Source: an uncultured virus (IMG/VR IMGVR_UViG_3300020049_015566) (lineage: Duplodnaviria; Heunggongvirae; Uroviricota; Caudoviricetes). Taken from it: DNA of 64,000 bases. The stretch's first letter is position 1, and each line of letters opens with the position of its first letter. Under the pieces are notes generated by a model. That model saw nothing but the letters and a program-made list of their open reading frames with translations, had not been told where the DNA came from and did not search any database. The stretch lies in IMG/VR virus record IMGVR_UViG_3300020049_015566; one strand, given 5' to 3'. This document shows positions 39,448-48,534 of the stretch, one piece after another. Position numbers and translations under genes: made by a program.

Positions 39448-40029
39448 ATGAACAAGATTTTCGCGACTGTTTCCCTTAACTCCATTCTGGTCTATGACCC
39501 TTGCCTGGAGGGTCTTGAGGACTTTAAGGCCAAGTTCGGGCACCTTGACCCAGATGCCCCTGTTCCCCTGATCTCCTGTCTTTCCTCCAACTCCGCTATG
39601 GACATCATCTGGGCCTTGCAGGCCGTCCATCAGGATATCTCCGCCATCCTGCCTATGCTTGCCGCGGATTTCGCCGAAAGCGTCCTCCACCTTTTTGAGG
39701 GAAAATTTCCAAACGATAACCGACCCCGGGTGGCAATCGAGGTGGCAAGGCAGGGTAAGAATAACTACGATTACCAGCGTACCGCCAGAGTTTCCGCCGA
39801 CGCCGCCTACGCCTTCTCCAGCTCCGCCCACGATGCCGCCAAGGCCGCCTCCTCCCCCGCCTACGCCGCCTACGCCGCCTACGCCGCCTACGCCGCCTCC
39901 GCCGCCTCCGCCTTCTCCGCCACCTACGCTGCCGCCGACTACGCTGCCTCCGCTGCCCTTAGTGCCGCCGAGCCTCCCAAGCACGAGGAAATCCTCCGCA
40001 AGTATTTTTCTGAAACCCCAACGGAGTAA
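39448..40029 (+). CDS. Imm5-like helical protein with Ala/Tyr low-complexity tract
   Basis: AADFAESVLHLFE..FPNDNRPRVAIEVAR followed by AYAAYAAYAA. Confidence 0.6.
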   Translation: MNKIFATVSLNSILVYDPCLEGLEDFKAKFGHLDPDAPVPLISCLSSNSAMDIIWALQAVHQDISAILPMLAADFAESVLHLFEGKFPNDNRPRVAIEVARQGKNNYDYQRTARVSADAAYAFSSSAHDAAKAASSPAYAAYAAYAAYAASAASAFSATYAAADYAASAALSAAEPPKHEEILRKYFSETPTE

Positions 40030-40036
40030 CACCACC

Positions 40037-40630
40037 ATGAAAAAGCTCAACTTCTTCACCTTCCGTAAGGCGCTTGAGGAGCGCCTCAACAGAGGTTTTC
40101 CTCTCGTCGGCGATGATCAACCCCTACTGTCAGCCATGTTCCTCGGCTACATGGTGCTGGAGGGTGCCCCCCACTGGCAGGAAGCGCAGGATCGCTTCGG
40201 GGAGGGCGCTGACGGCCTGATGCGAGCCATGCTCCGTCATGCTGAAATACTGGCTACTGCCTACGGTACCCTCGCGCAGAGCATGGATTTCACCGAGACG
40301 CTCAGTGCCCGCCAGGCCTGTGTCGACACCATGTTTGAGTGGGAGGTCGTCGATACCTACGGAATCTGGCTTCTGGAGAAATTCGCCAAAGGGGAATACA
40401 ACGACTATGTTGTCTTCGACAACTACCGGCTCGACCTGATTGCAAGCTGGTTCACCCAGACCCCCCTGGACGAGGTTACCGACGCCGTCTGGTATCTGGA
40501 GCTGGAGAACCGCACCGAGGGGTTCTACTCCTCCGAGAAACGCCTCACCGCCGCCGTGGAGGCCTGCCTCGCCTACTACCACTACGGCGACGACACAATC
40601 ATCTACAAGATCGAACGCCTGAAAGGTTAA
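40037..40630 (+). CDS. Hypothetical early protein
   Basis: Start MKKLNFF after GGAGTAAC; stop lies in palindrome 40622. Confidence 0.65.
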   Translation: MKKLNFFTFRKALEERLNRGFPLVGDDQPLLSAMFLGYMVLEGAPHWQEAQDRFGEGADGLMRAMLRHAEILATAYGTLAQSMDFTETLSARQACVDTMFEWEVVDTYGIWLLEKFAKGEYNDYVVFDNYRLDLIASWFTQTPLDEVTDAVWYLELENRTEGFYSSEKRLTAAVEACLAYYHYGDDTIIYKIERLKG

Positions 40631-40696
40631 CTTCACTTTTGTCCGAAAATCACAACTCGGGGTCGAGGTCGACCCCGACAACCGGAGTCTCAAATC

Positions 40697-41281
40697 ATGA
40701 GCATCAAAGAAAACCTGCTGGTCGCGCTGACCATGGAACTGTGTACCGTCCCCGGCTGCCCCGTCGTTGACATCCTGCAAGCCCTTATCAATGACCCCCA
40801 CTGGAACGGCAACGTCAGCCTTCCCAACTACCTCCTCCCCATCGTCGACCATATGGTTGACTCCTACGAGCGGGAGGACGAGCACCCCGGCGTCTATGAA
40901 TACGAGGTGGTGCCGGAACTGGCAAGCTATATGGCCCTGTACATTCTCCAGAAGAAACGCTTCCCGCCGATGGGCGACCTCTTGGCCAAGCTGTGGTTGA
41001 TCGAGTCCGAATTCTTCCCGGCCCGCAAGCTCAACCGTATCCCGGAATACAGCGACCGCGCCCACCTGCTGAACTGGCTCACCAACGTGGCCACCATGGG
41101 GCTTTTGTTTCACCCGGAAGATGACCCGGCGGACGTCATGAACCTCAAGGAGGAGATCCCCGTCTTCACCCCCACGGAGGTCGACACGCTGCGGCGCCAG
41201 ATCCCCTTGATGGTCGAGCACTGGGGGATCGAGAACCTCTGCGAGTCCTTCAACGCTTTTTCACGACTCAGCAAAAGTTAA
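40697..41281 (+). CDS. Hypothetical early protein
   Basis: GGAG RBS; ends KS-stop in palindrome 41273. Confidence 0.65.
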   Translation: MSIKENLLVALTMELCTVPGCPVVDILQALINDPHWNGNVSLPNYLLPIVDHMVDSYEREDEHPGVYEYEVVPELASYMALYILQKKRFPPMGDLLAKLWLIESEFFPARKLNRIPEYSDRAHLLNWLTNVATMGLLFHPEDDPADVMNLKEEIPVFTPTEVDTLRRQIPLMVEHWGIENLCESFNAFSRLSKS

Positions 41282-41312
41282 GTTCACTTTTCAAACCACG
41301 GAGTAACACACC

Positions 41313-41993
41313 ATGCAACGTTCCAAAGCAACCTACCCGGTCTTCGTTGACGAGATCACCCGAGACGAGTTCCTGCTGCTCGTTACCCTTGTCGCCCTCC
41401 AGCAGCGCCAGCAGGCGCTGGGGGCAGATACAGAGGAAGACCCCATCGTGGCCCTGCAGTGGCTGCTGGCCTACTGGCGGGCGAACGCGGCGGATACCAG
41501 CAAGCACGACCGGGTTGAACTGTTCTTCTATGGTCGGGTAGGCTACTCCGACCTTTCCCTTGAGGAGACCCAGTCGGAGATCATCGGCCTGCTCACCGAA
41601 GGCTATTGCAGTAGTACACCGGCCATGGTCTCCCTGGGGGGTGTGAACGACTTCCTCCGCTGGGCTTTCGAGAGCTATATCGACTGGGACCCCGAGCCTG
41701 TCATCCCCTCGCTGAGCCGGAAGGAGTATATCCAGACGGTCATGGACTTCTCGGTCGCACTGTCCCAGTTCACCGACCATTTCGAGGATTTCCAGGTCCG
41801 CCGGATCATGCAGTACCTGATGGGCAGCTTCCACTATGAGAGCTCTGTCTGGTACATCCTTTCCCAAAGCCCCTCGATCGACGTCGAGTACGGGGAAGGC
41901 AATACCGCCTTCCTGAACTTTTCCCTAGGGGAGACCCCCGTCATGACCCTGACCATCAAGGACTGGGTCGAGTTCTGTATCGAATTGGAGTAA
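41313..41993 (+). CDS. Hypothetical acidic protein
   Basis: Palindrome plus GGAGTAAC upstream. Confidence 0.65.
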   Translation: MQRSKATYPVFVDEITRDEFLLLVTLVALQQRQQALGADTEEDPIVALQWLLAYWRANAADTSKHDRVELFFYGRVGYSDLSLEETQSEIIGLLTEGYCSSTPAMVSLGGVNDFLRWAFESYIDWDPEPVIPSLSRKEYIQTVMDFSVALSQFTDHFEDFQVRRIMQYLMGSFHYESSVWYILSQSPSIDVEYGEGNTAFLNFSLGETPVMTLTIKDWVEFCIELE

Positions 41994-41999
41994 CACGCC

Positions 42000-42203
42000 A
42001 TGAACCTGATCCCTGTTTCGGAGGACGTCTACCTCGACGTCCTCAACTATCTGGAATCCTGCGCTGAAACCGAACGTCATAACCCCGACGATCCCTGCCA
42101 TGACCTGCTCGGCCGGCTGGATGCCGCCGGTGAGCAGATTCTGGTCGACATCACCCTCGGTGACGAAGGGCAGGCCCTCTATATCATCCAGACCAAGGAG
42201 TAA
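42000..42203 (+). CDS. Hypothetical protein
   Basis: GGAGTAA serves as both stop and RBS at each end. Confidence 0.6.
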   Translation: MNLIPVSEDVYLDVLNYLESCAETERHNPDDPCHDLLGRLDAAGEQILVDITLGDEGQALYIIQTKE

Positions 42204-42207
42204 CGCC

Positions 42208-42588
42208 ATGACCGATTTCATTGTCGGATTCTATGTCGATCGTCTCGATACCCAGGCCGACCCCCACATTGTCTGGGCGGGATTTACCGAAGCAGAGCGG
42301 GCAGCCCATAAGGCCTGGATTCTGAAGAATCTTCCGCAGCCTCCCGTCAATTTCCATGACACCCAGGCTCCCATCGTGATCACCGAACCTGGCCGGTACC
42401 TGCAAGCTGATGGGAGGCTGTTCCGGGTCGCCCAGATCCGGGGGGTGATGGCCTATGGCTACGTCCAGAAGCCTCACCCCGCTTACAGTGACCGCCTGAT
42501 AGATGCCCCAAAACCAACCTGGGTCTACCTCGATGGGCACCGTATGTATGAGCCGGAGCCCGCAAATCAACTCGTCCGCCGTTATTAG
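42208..42588 (+). CDS. Hypothetical protein
   Basis: Start MTDFIVG after GGAGTAAC. Confidence 0.6.
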   Translation: MTDFIVGFYVDRLDTQADPHIVWAGFTEAERAAHKAWILKNLPQPPVNFHDTQAPIVITEPGRYLQADGRLFRVAQIRGVMAYGYVQKPHPAYSDRLIDAPKPTWVYLDGHRMYEPEPANQLVRRY

Positions 42589-42600
42589 GAGCAAGAAATC

Positions 42601-42966
42601 ATGACCCTCTGGAGCATCAACTACCGCGGCTACACCATTCATGGCAAGGCCGCCAAATCCGAGGTGACCTACCAGTCACCCGCCTGGCCTGCCGACCCTC
42701 GCATCGTCAAGGCTCCGAGCCTTGAAACCGCCAAGCGCTGGATCCGGGAGGAACTCCGGCGCCTCAAAAAGCACGGCCTGAAGAACGCCGTGTACCTGGC
42801 CAAGGCGCTGGAGGAGACGACAGACCTGAAACGTTGGCGGACCTGCTGGCGCATCATCAACGCCGACAAGGAGGACTTGGTCCAGCCATATTTCCAAACC
42901 AAGGACGACGCCCGTGAGTTCGCCGACAAGCACGGCTGGGCCTTGCTCGAACACTTTGATTACTGA
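42601..42966 (+). CDS. Hypothetical protein
   Basis: AGGAG RBS. Confidence 0.6.
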   Translation: MTLWSINYRGYTIHGKAAKSEVTYQSPAWPADPRIVKAPSLETAKRWIREELRRLKKHGLKNAVYLAKALEETTDLKRWRTCWRIINADKEDLVQPYFQTKDDAREFADKHGWALLEHFDY

Positions 42967-42979
42967 CCGGAGAAACAAT

Positions 42980-43363
42980 ATGAAAACCGTCAAGGTTTCC
43001 GAACTCCCCGACATTGCCCTGTGCTATGTCATCTGCCTGCTGGAAATGCCCAAGCTCAAGTGGGGGAAAACCATCGGCATTCACCATGCCAGCCACCAGG
43101 TCGTGGTGCCGGAGCTGCCCGTACCGGACTGCTATTCCCCCTTCATGAACTGGAAGATGTTCGGCCCGATTATTGAGAGGGAGGAAATAGGGTTTGCCAA
43201 ATACGGGGAAGCTATTATAGGGGAGTGGAAAGCAGTTATCGGAGCTACCCCCCGAGGGGCTCCCTACTATGGAAAATCCCCCTTAATCGCCGCCCAGCGC
43301 TGCTACGTCGCCTCCAAACTGGGGGACACCGTTAAAATTCCCGAGGAGTTGCTGCCATGCTGA
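42980..43363 (+). CDS. NinX / DUF2591-like phage protein
   Basis: MKTVKVSEL...YSP..NW..FGPIIERE...GKSPLIAAQRCYVASKLGDTVKIPEEL. Confidence 0.75.
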   Translation: MKTVKVSELPDIALCYVICLLEMPKLKWGKTIGIHHASHQVVVPELPVPDCYSPFMNWKMFGPIIEREEIGFAKYGEAIIGEWKAVIGATPRGAPYYGKSPLIAAQRCYVASKLGDTVKIPEELLPC

Positions 43364-43566
43364 CCGAAGTCATCCGTGAGGATTTCCTCAAGGCGATTGC
43401 GAACTGCAGCCGTGATGTCGTCAGCAGCCCCTATGAGCACCACTGTGAGTGGCGTACCCGTAACCGAACCCTGATCGGCAAGTCCTACCCCGGTTACAAG
43501 GAGCCCGGCGATCCCAAGAAATACGAACTGGACCTTAACTGGTTCAAAACCAACCAGAAACTGTGA
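43357..43566 (+). CDS. Hypothetical protein
   Basis: Overlaps the previous stop; GAGGAG upstream. Confidence 0.55.
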   Translation: MLTEVIREDFLKAIANCSRDVVSSPYEHHCEWRTRNRTLIGKSYPGYKEPGDPKKYELDLNWFKTNQKL

Positions 43567-43576
43567 GGTAAGCATC

Positions 43577-43879
43577 ATGTCGAAACGCCGCCCTCTTAAT
43601 ACCCCCCAGGATGTCTGCGAAGCTGATCTCCCCCGCCTCCAGATCCTGACCGGTCTCCCGGATTACACCGGGGACATGGTCAATATCTATGTCGAAAACG
43701 ACGACGGAGGAACCTACATCGGGGAGCTGTGCGACCCCCGCCTGCTGGCCTTGGTCCGCCAAGCCCCCAAGCTGGCTGAGTTCATCCACTTCCTGCACAC
43801 CACCGCGGTGCTCGATCCTGACGACGACGTTGAGTGGATCGAGTTTGTCGCCGAGCTGAATGAGCAGCTCGGCATGTAA
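43577..43879 (+). CDS. Hypothetical protein
   Basis: GAGG RBS; stop overlaps the last palindrome, 43878. Confidence 0.6.
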   Translation: MSKRRPLNTPQDVCEADLPRLQILTGLPDYTGDMVNIYVENDDGGTYIGELCDPRLLALVRQAPKLAEFIHFLHTTAVLDPDDDVEWIEFVAELNEQLGM

Positions 43880-43909
43880 AAGTGAAGTTAACTTTTGGAG
43901 TAACACCTC

Positions 43910-44578
43910 ATGTACAACTTTCGACTGACCGGCAACACCAAGGTCGGACCCATCCCGGTCACCCGTTCACCACAAGCCAGCTGTCCGGACTCCTGCAGCC
44001 TCAAGGGTAACGGCTGCTACGCCGAGAACGCCCCGCTCGTCTGGGGCTGGCAGAAGGACGCCGTCCGCGGAGTTTCCTGGGATGAGATGCTCTGGAACAT
44101 CAAGCGTCTCGCCAAGGGGCAGTTGTGGCGGATGAATGAGGCGGGGGACCTGCCCAAGATCTCCTCCCACCATATCCATCAGGAATTGCTGGATGAGCTG
44201 ATCCTCGCCAACAAGGGAAAGCGGGGTTTCACCTACACCCACTATGACTTCCGGGAGAAGCACAACCGGGAGCAGATCCGGAAGGCGAACCGTGCCGGAT
44301 TCACGATCAACGTCTCGGCTGACAATCTGGAACAGGCAGATGCCTACATGGGTATCCAGGGGGCACCGGTTGTCGTCATCCTGCCGCTCGGCACCCCGAA
44401 CGTCAGCTACACCCCCGCTGGGTACAAGGTCGTGGCCTGCCCCGCGGAGAAGTCCAAGCGTGTCACCTGTGCCACCTGCGCCCTCTGCCAGAAGGCGGAT
44501 CGTCCCTACATCATCGGCTTCCGGGCGCATGGCACCCGCAAGAAGCTGGTTTCCAAAATCGCGTTGAAGGAGATTTGA
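43910..44578 (+). CDS. Cys-rich conserved phage protein (GP88-like, possible Fe-S binding)
   Basis: NTKVGPIP...SCPDSC..GNGCYA...RMNEAGD...YTH...CPA...CATCALC...IGFRAHG. Confidence 0.65.
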   Translation: MYNFRLTGNTKVGPIPVTRSPQASCPDSCSLKGNGCYAENAPLVWGWQKDAVRGVSWDEMLWNIKRLAKGQLWRMNEAGDLPKISSHHIHQELLDELILANKGKRGFTYTHYDFREKHNREQIRKANRAGFTINVSADNLEQADAYMGIQGAPVVVILPLGTPNVSYTPAGYKVVACPAEKSKRVTCATCALCQKADRPYIIGFRAHGTRKKLVSKIALKEI

Positions 44579-44581
44579 ACC

Positions 44582-45022
44582 ATGTCCGTTTCCAACACCA
44601 CCCTCGACAATATCATCGACAAGGTCCTCTTGAAGATTGATGACCTGAATACCCTGAAGGAGGAATTCCTCAAGCTCCAGCTCAACCATCTCTACCTGCC
44701 GAATGAGAGCCTGACCCACCTTGAGGGGCGGATCGAGGCTTTTCTCAGCTATCAGATCCAGCATAAATACTGGCTCCCGATCCAGGCTACCCTGTTCTGG
44801 TCCCGGGCGAATGACCCAGACCTGGCAGCAACGCAGGCCCGCTTCCATGACCTGCTGAACCGCATGGAGGTGGAACTGGACCGGGACCTCAAGAACGACC
44901 CGGCCTACTTGTCCAAGCCGATTACCCGCCGTATCGCCTCCCTGGACCCTCGCTGCAAGCAGGAAGTCCTCGAAGAGGCCCGCCGTCTCCAGAATCAACT
45001 CATCCTCCAACAAGGTAACTGA
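44582..45022 (+). CDS. Hypothetical protein
   Basis: Coupled ORF with AGGAG upstream. Confidence 0.6.
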   Translation: MSVSNTTLDNIIDKVLLKIDDLNTLKEEFLKLQLNHLYLPNESLTHLEGRIEAFLSYQIQHKYWLPIQATLFWSRANDPDLAATQARFHDLLNRMEVELDRDLKNDPAYLSKPITRRIASLDPRCKQEVLEEARRLQNQLILQQGN

Positions 45023-45024
45023 CC

Positions 45025-45252
45025 ATGACCATGCTCACCACCCCCGACCAGATCCGCGCTGCCGGCATCCTGCAGCTCCGTTCCCGCCTCAAGCTCGAAA
45101 TCAAGGGCATGACCTGCCGGGGGGCCTCGGCCTACCAGCAGGTCAAGGATAAATTCGGCTTCAAGGGCAGCAAGGCCAAGGTCCTGGACCAGCTTGAAAC
45201 CTGGCTCGAAGCCAACCCGCCGTATCCCGGCTACACCCGTAAAACCTCGTAA
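45025..45252 (+). CDS. Small basic phage protein
   Basis: LKLEIKGM..RG.SAY..VK..FGFKGSK..VL motif. Confidence 0.65.
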   Translation: MTMLTTPDQIRAAGILQLRSRLKLEIKGMTCRGASAYQQVKDKFGFKGSKAKVLDQLETWLEANPPYPGYTRKTS

Positions 45253-45283
45253 ACCCCACGCAAATCGTAAAGGAGTAACACCC

Positions 45284-45703
45284 ATGAAAACCCGTCGTAT
45301 CAATCTCGAACACCTCTCAGTCTCCGACCTCGAAGGCCGGACCCTTTATGTGGTCGACCCCGACTCCCCCCGGGCGGCTGAACGTCTGAAGCCTGTGCAT
45401 ATGCACATCTTCGGCAACGGAAACCTCCTGATCTGCCTGGAGGAGAACAACCAGAACTCCCTGGTCTTCGGCCAGGATGGACGATCCCTCTACAGCGGGA
45501 TCGAGCTGCATGAGGAGGTACAGGAAGGCTGGGTGGTGCTGGAATTCGATACCCAAGGCTGGTGGCAGCAACTGCCGGGGGAGGCTGTGATCCTCCAATG
45601 GCGGACCTTGGAGGTTTACACTGAAGAGCGAGCCCGCGAGGTTCACGCCTCTCGTCCCCCTTCCATCCTCATCAACCTGGCCGAAACCGGCCCCAAGGAG
45701 TAA
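45284..45703 (+). CDS. Hypothetical protein
   Basis: AGGAGTAAC RBS. Confidence 0.6.
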   Translation: MKTRRINLEHLSVSDLEGRTLYVVDPDSPRAAERLKPVHMHIFGNGNLLICLEENNQNSLVFGQDGRSLYSGIELHEEVQEGWVVLEFDTQGWWQQLPGEAVILQWRTLEVYTEERAREVHASRPPSILINLAETGPKE

Positions 45704-45709
45704 CCCATC

Positions 45710-46486
45710 ATGCAATGCAAAATCCTTACCCTGAGCGAATTCTTCGCTGACAAGACCCTGACTGGGGGCGATTTTGACCCGAATGACTGGTCGGTGACTA
45801 TCTACCGCCCGGCCCCCGTCAACTACAAAACCAAGCAGGAGCTGCTCACCCACGTCCGGCAGCTCCTCACCTTGCTGCCGGGGAACCTTATTGAGGATGC
45901 CCGTCAGACGTTGACCGACGACAACCGCTGTACCCGTGACCCGATCTGGCAGGTCCAGGAGGAGAAACGGGTTGATGGCCTGACCTCCGAGACCGGTACT
46001 TTTTCGGAGTGGCGGGACTGGGATAGTGGAGACTTTTGTGAGGCCGACCCCGAGCTTGTCACGATCCTGGAGCAGGTCAAGGAGCTCTGTGAGCAATATG
46101 AGTACAAGCTGGAATGCCCAGAGTATCTGGAGGCCACCGTTCGCTCCTGGGCAGACAAGGACAACCCCAACGCTGTCATCCGACTCACCGACGAGCTGCT
46201 GGAGCATCTGCTCAAGGACAAGCCTGAACTCCGGGAGCAGGCGGAAAACCACGGTTGGGCGGGGGTATGGCAGGAAGTCTGGTATGACACCCGCTATGAG
46301 CCGGTTGCGGTTTTCTTCACCGAAGCCGCCGCGGACCGCTATATCCAGGAGAAGGCCCACAAGCATTCCGGCGCGCTCAGTACCTATGTCGATTCGGCGA
46401 TGTGGCAGCCGCAGATCCTGATGATCCGGGAGCTGCTGCTCGCCTTGGCCTGGGCAGAGAAGTTACAGACGGTAACCGATCAGTAA
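45710..46486 (+). CDS. Conserved phage protein (DNRCTRDPIWQVQ...FFTEAAA motif)
   Basis: Motif also found in Ead/Ea22-associated phage proteins. Confidence 0.6.
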   Translation: MQCKILTLSEFFADKTLTGGDFDPNDWSVTIYRPAPVNYKTKQELLTHVRQLLTLLPGNLIEDARQTLTDDNRCTRDPIWQVQEEKRVDGLTSETGTFSEWRDWDSGDFCEADPELVTILEQVKELCEQYEYKLECPEYLEATVRSWADKDNPNAVIRLTDELLEHLLKDKPELREQAENHGWAGVWQEVWYDTRYEPVAVFFTEAAADRYIQEKAHKHSGALSTYVDSAMWQPQILMIRELLLALAWAEKLQTVTDQ

Positions 46487-46542
46487 CCCACCGTTACACA
46501 GGGATGTGTTCTACTGCTGATTAGCACCTGGAGTTACCCCCC

Positions 46543-46812
46543 ATGAATACCAAGCGCGTCATCAACATCCTGCACATGTTGTCCTTCATGTGCAGCAAAC
46601 GCTGGACCTGCTCCCGTGAAATCGTCGACCACCTCGTCAAGATCGGTGACCCGAGCAGCCTCCGGGTCATCCAGTTCCGCCTCTCCTCCCTGGCCGAGGC
46701 CGGGGTGCTGGAGCGTCACCCGGAAGATTCCGGACAGAATATCCGCTACCGGGTGGTTTCCGGTCTCAAAGTCAATCTGGAGCCAAATCATGGCCAAGCC
46801 TCTGCGTCATAG
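46543..46812 (+). CDS. Winged-HTH-like small DNA-binding protein
   Basis: TCSREIVDHL...SLRVIQFRLSSLAEAGVLE...YRV pattern. Confidence 0.5.
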   Translation: MNTKRVINILHMLSFMCSKRWTCSREIVDHLVKIGDPSSLRVIQFRLSSLAEAGVLERHPEDSGQNIRYRVVSGLKVNLEPNHGQASAS

Positions 46813-47557
46813 CCGATCTGATCGTGCCCGTAATCGTGTTCCCATCGACTTCCCGCTTCGCGTCGGTGCGCTGCTTCGCCAGCGGCAGGCCGTAAGCCTG
46901 CTGCTTATCCAGAAATCTATCCTGGCCGCTAGTGCCCTGCGCCGGTGCGTGGAGCTGGAAACCTGGATTGCTGAAACCATGCAGAGCCTGGAGGGTTTTC
47001 CGGTTTCCAGTGGGGTCTGTATGTGCGGTGATGCCATGGAGGGTCATGCCAGCGCGTTGGTCTGTGGCCATAGCCCGGTGGATTCCGGAGACTATTACCT
47101 CTCTGAATTGACCAAGCAGGCGGCCCAACTGCTCGCCAAACCGATGGCTGACGCCCCGGGAGACAAGCCCTACAGCTACCTGCAGATGCAGCAACGGATC
47201 AATCATGGGGAGTGGCAGTTGAAGCAGAGTGACAAGGTGATCGAGAACTTGCGGGAGCGGCTGGCGGCGGCGGAGAAGGTAGAACCTGGCTACGACGTCA
47301 GCTTCCTCGGCCCACGACCTCCGGGAGCTACCCACTTCCTGGTTCGACTCCCCCTTTATCGTTCGGGAGGTAAGACGGAAGCCTGCGTGCTTTGGTTCCG
47401 GTTTAATGCGGGGAAGGCGGAGTGGGAATACCGCAGTGCGGATAGTGATGGCAATGAATACTGGGGGTCTGTCCTCCGCTCTTTCTCCAAGTTCTCTTTC
47501 GACCGGCTGTTGCCCATCAAACAGGAGTCTGAAAATGTCCCGCAAGAAAACCCCTAA
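46790..47557 (+). CDS. Hypothetical protein (CMCG...H...CGHSP motif)
   Basis: Start MAKPLRH after GGAG. Confidence 0.55.
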   Translation: MAKPLRHSRSDRARNRVPIDFPLRVGALLRQRQAVSLLLIQKSILAASALRRCVELETWIAETMQSLEGFPVSSGVCMCGDAMEGHASALVCGHSPVDSGDYYLSELTKQAAQLLAKPMADAPGDKPYSYLQMQQRINHGEWQLKQSDKVIENLRERLAAAEKVEPGYDVSFLGPRPPGATHFLVRLPLYRSGGKTEACVLWFRFNAGKAEWEYRSADSDGNEYWGSVLRSFSKFSFDRLLPIKQESENVPQENP

Positions 47558-47828
47558 GATGGGAGACGTCATCAGCATCGACTGGGAAGGCGTCTCGGAC
47601 GTCGAATTCATCCGGGGGCATGTCCCCCTGGAGCAGGCCCAGCAGAAGCTCAAGGATGAACTGGGAGAACCCGTGGTTTCAATCAAGCATATCTGGGCCC
47701 GCTGGGTCCCAGCCCCGCCGGGCTATGACTACCGGATGATGCTTTATACCTACCCTGACTATGCCAAGGGGCGTTTCCCGGTAACGGAAGCAACCCTGGA
47801 GGAGTATCCAAGCCATGTCTCAAAATAA
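47535..47828 (+). CDS. Hypothetical protein
   Basis: Start MSRKKTP after AGGAG. Confidence 0.55.
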   Translation: MSRKKTPKMGDVISIDWEGVSDVEFIRGHVPLEQAQQKLKDELGEPVVSIKHIWARWVPAPPGYDYRMMLYTYPDYAKGRFPVTEATLEEYPSHVSK

Positions 47829-48534
47829 TGAAGTCCGACAGGCCTTAGCTTTTGTCGAAAATGCTGTAGACGCTCTGAGTGATGTATCCCTGCAGGCAGC
47901 CGCCACAACCCTGGCGGCCGAGGTCCGCCGGCTTCGGGCGGTGAACCAGACGGTCAACGCTATCTGGGAAGACGTCGATGCCTACGCCCGTAACCACTCC
48001 GAGATCCAGCTGGGGGGAAGTGTGTCGCAGCATGCCCTGAAGTTGATGAAAGAGCGTGACGCGCTGGCGGCGGAACTGGCGAAGCTGCGGCAGCAGGAGC
48101 CTGCTGTAATTATCACAGGCGAATACTCGAAAGAATATAGTATGGCACTGCTTCCACGAAAGGAGTTCCCCATCGGTACGAAATTGTACACCGCCCCCGT
48201 CCCAGCCGTGGCTGTGCCTGCTATTGATATAGAGACAATATTGGATGCAAGCACAGCAACTATGTGCCAATGCCTGAGGTCAAGACTACTTGCCTCCGAA
48301 GTACGGCGACTTCGCGCCCTGCTGCAATCCGCCCCGCAGCCTGCCGTGGCTGCGCCTGCTGTGCAGAAGGACTGCGTATCGCAAGACGAGTCCACCATGA
48401 TGATGGCAGCAAGCGCCCTTGTCCTTTACCGTGCTGGAGAGTCAGCCGAGTACATGGCAAAGGCAATTGAAGCCCTGCTGCAATCCTCCGAGGGATGTTG
48501 TTCGCAAGATCAGAACGAGGTGCGCCATGATTGA
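47815..48534 (+). CDS. Mosaic phage protein with coiled-coil and EP/LY.AP linkers
   Basis: ERDALAAELAKLRQQEP...FPIGTKLYTAPVP; paralogous segments shared with 49589..50173. Confidence 0.6.
   Translation: MSQNNEVRQALAFVENAVDALSDVSLQAAATTLAAEVRRLRAVNQTVNAIWEDVDAYARNHSEIQLGGSVSQHALKLMKERDALAAELAKLRQQEPAVIITGEYSKEYSMALLPRKEFPIGTKLYTAPVPAVAVPAIDIETILDASTATMCQCLRSRLLASEVRRLRALLQSAPQPAVAAPAVQKDCVSQDESTMMMAASALVLYRAGESAEYMAKAIEALLQSSEGCCSQDQNEVRHD

Larger units (their letters stand above)
31186..43896. repeat. Dispersed family of 21 palindromic 19-bp sites, consensus AAAAGTKAA-S-TTMACTTTT
   Basis: Starts at 31186, 31358, 31387, 31454, 31660, 31874, 32515, 33135, 33704, 33974, 34451, 34874, 35464, 35997, 36681, 37502, 38657, 39404, 40622, 41273 and 43878. 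Confidence 0.95.

Noticed and set aside
39415..40089. Gly-rich (minus) and Pro-rich (39659 frame) ORFs
   Set aside because: Alternative-frame readings of the gcc/tac low-complexity tract in the Imm5-like gene.
31186..43896. Palindrome family as a CRISPR array
   Set aside because: Spacing is irregular (10 bp to several kb), the intervening DNA consists of whole genes, and no cas genes are present.
31186..43896. Palindromes as intrinsic terminators or integron attC sites
   Set aside because: Stems are AT-rich, arm mismatches are uncompensated and the centre is a single base. There is no attC-like R/L box architecture and no tyrosine recombinase in the window.
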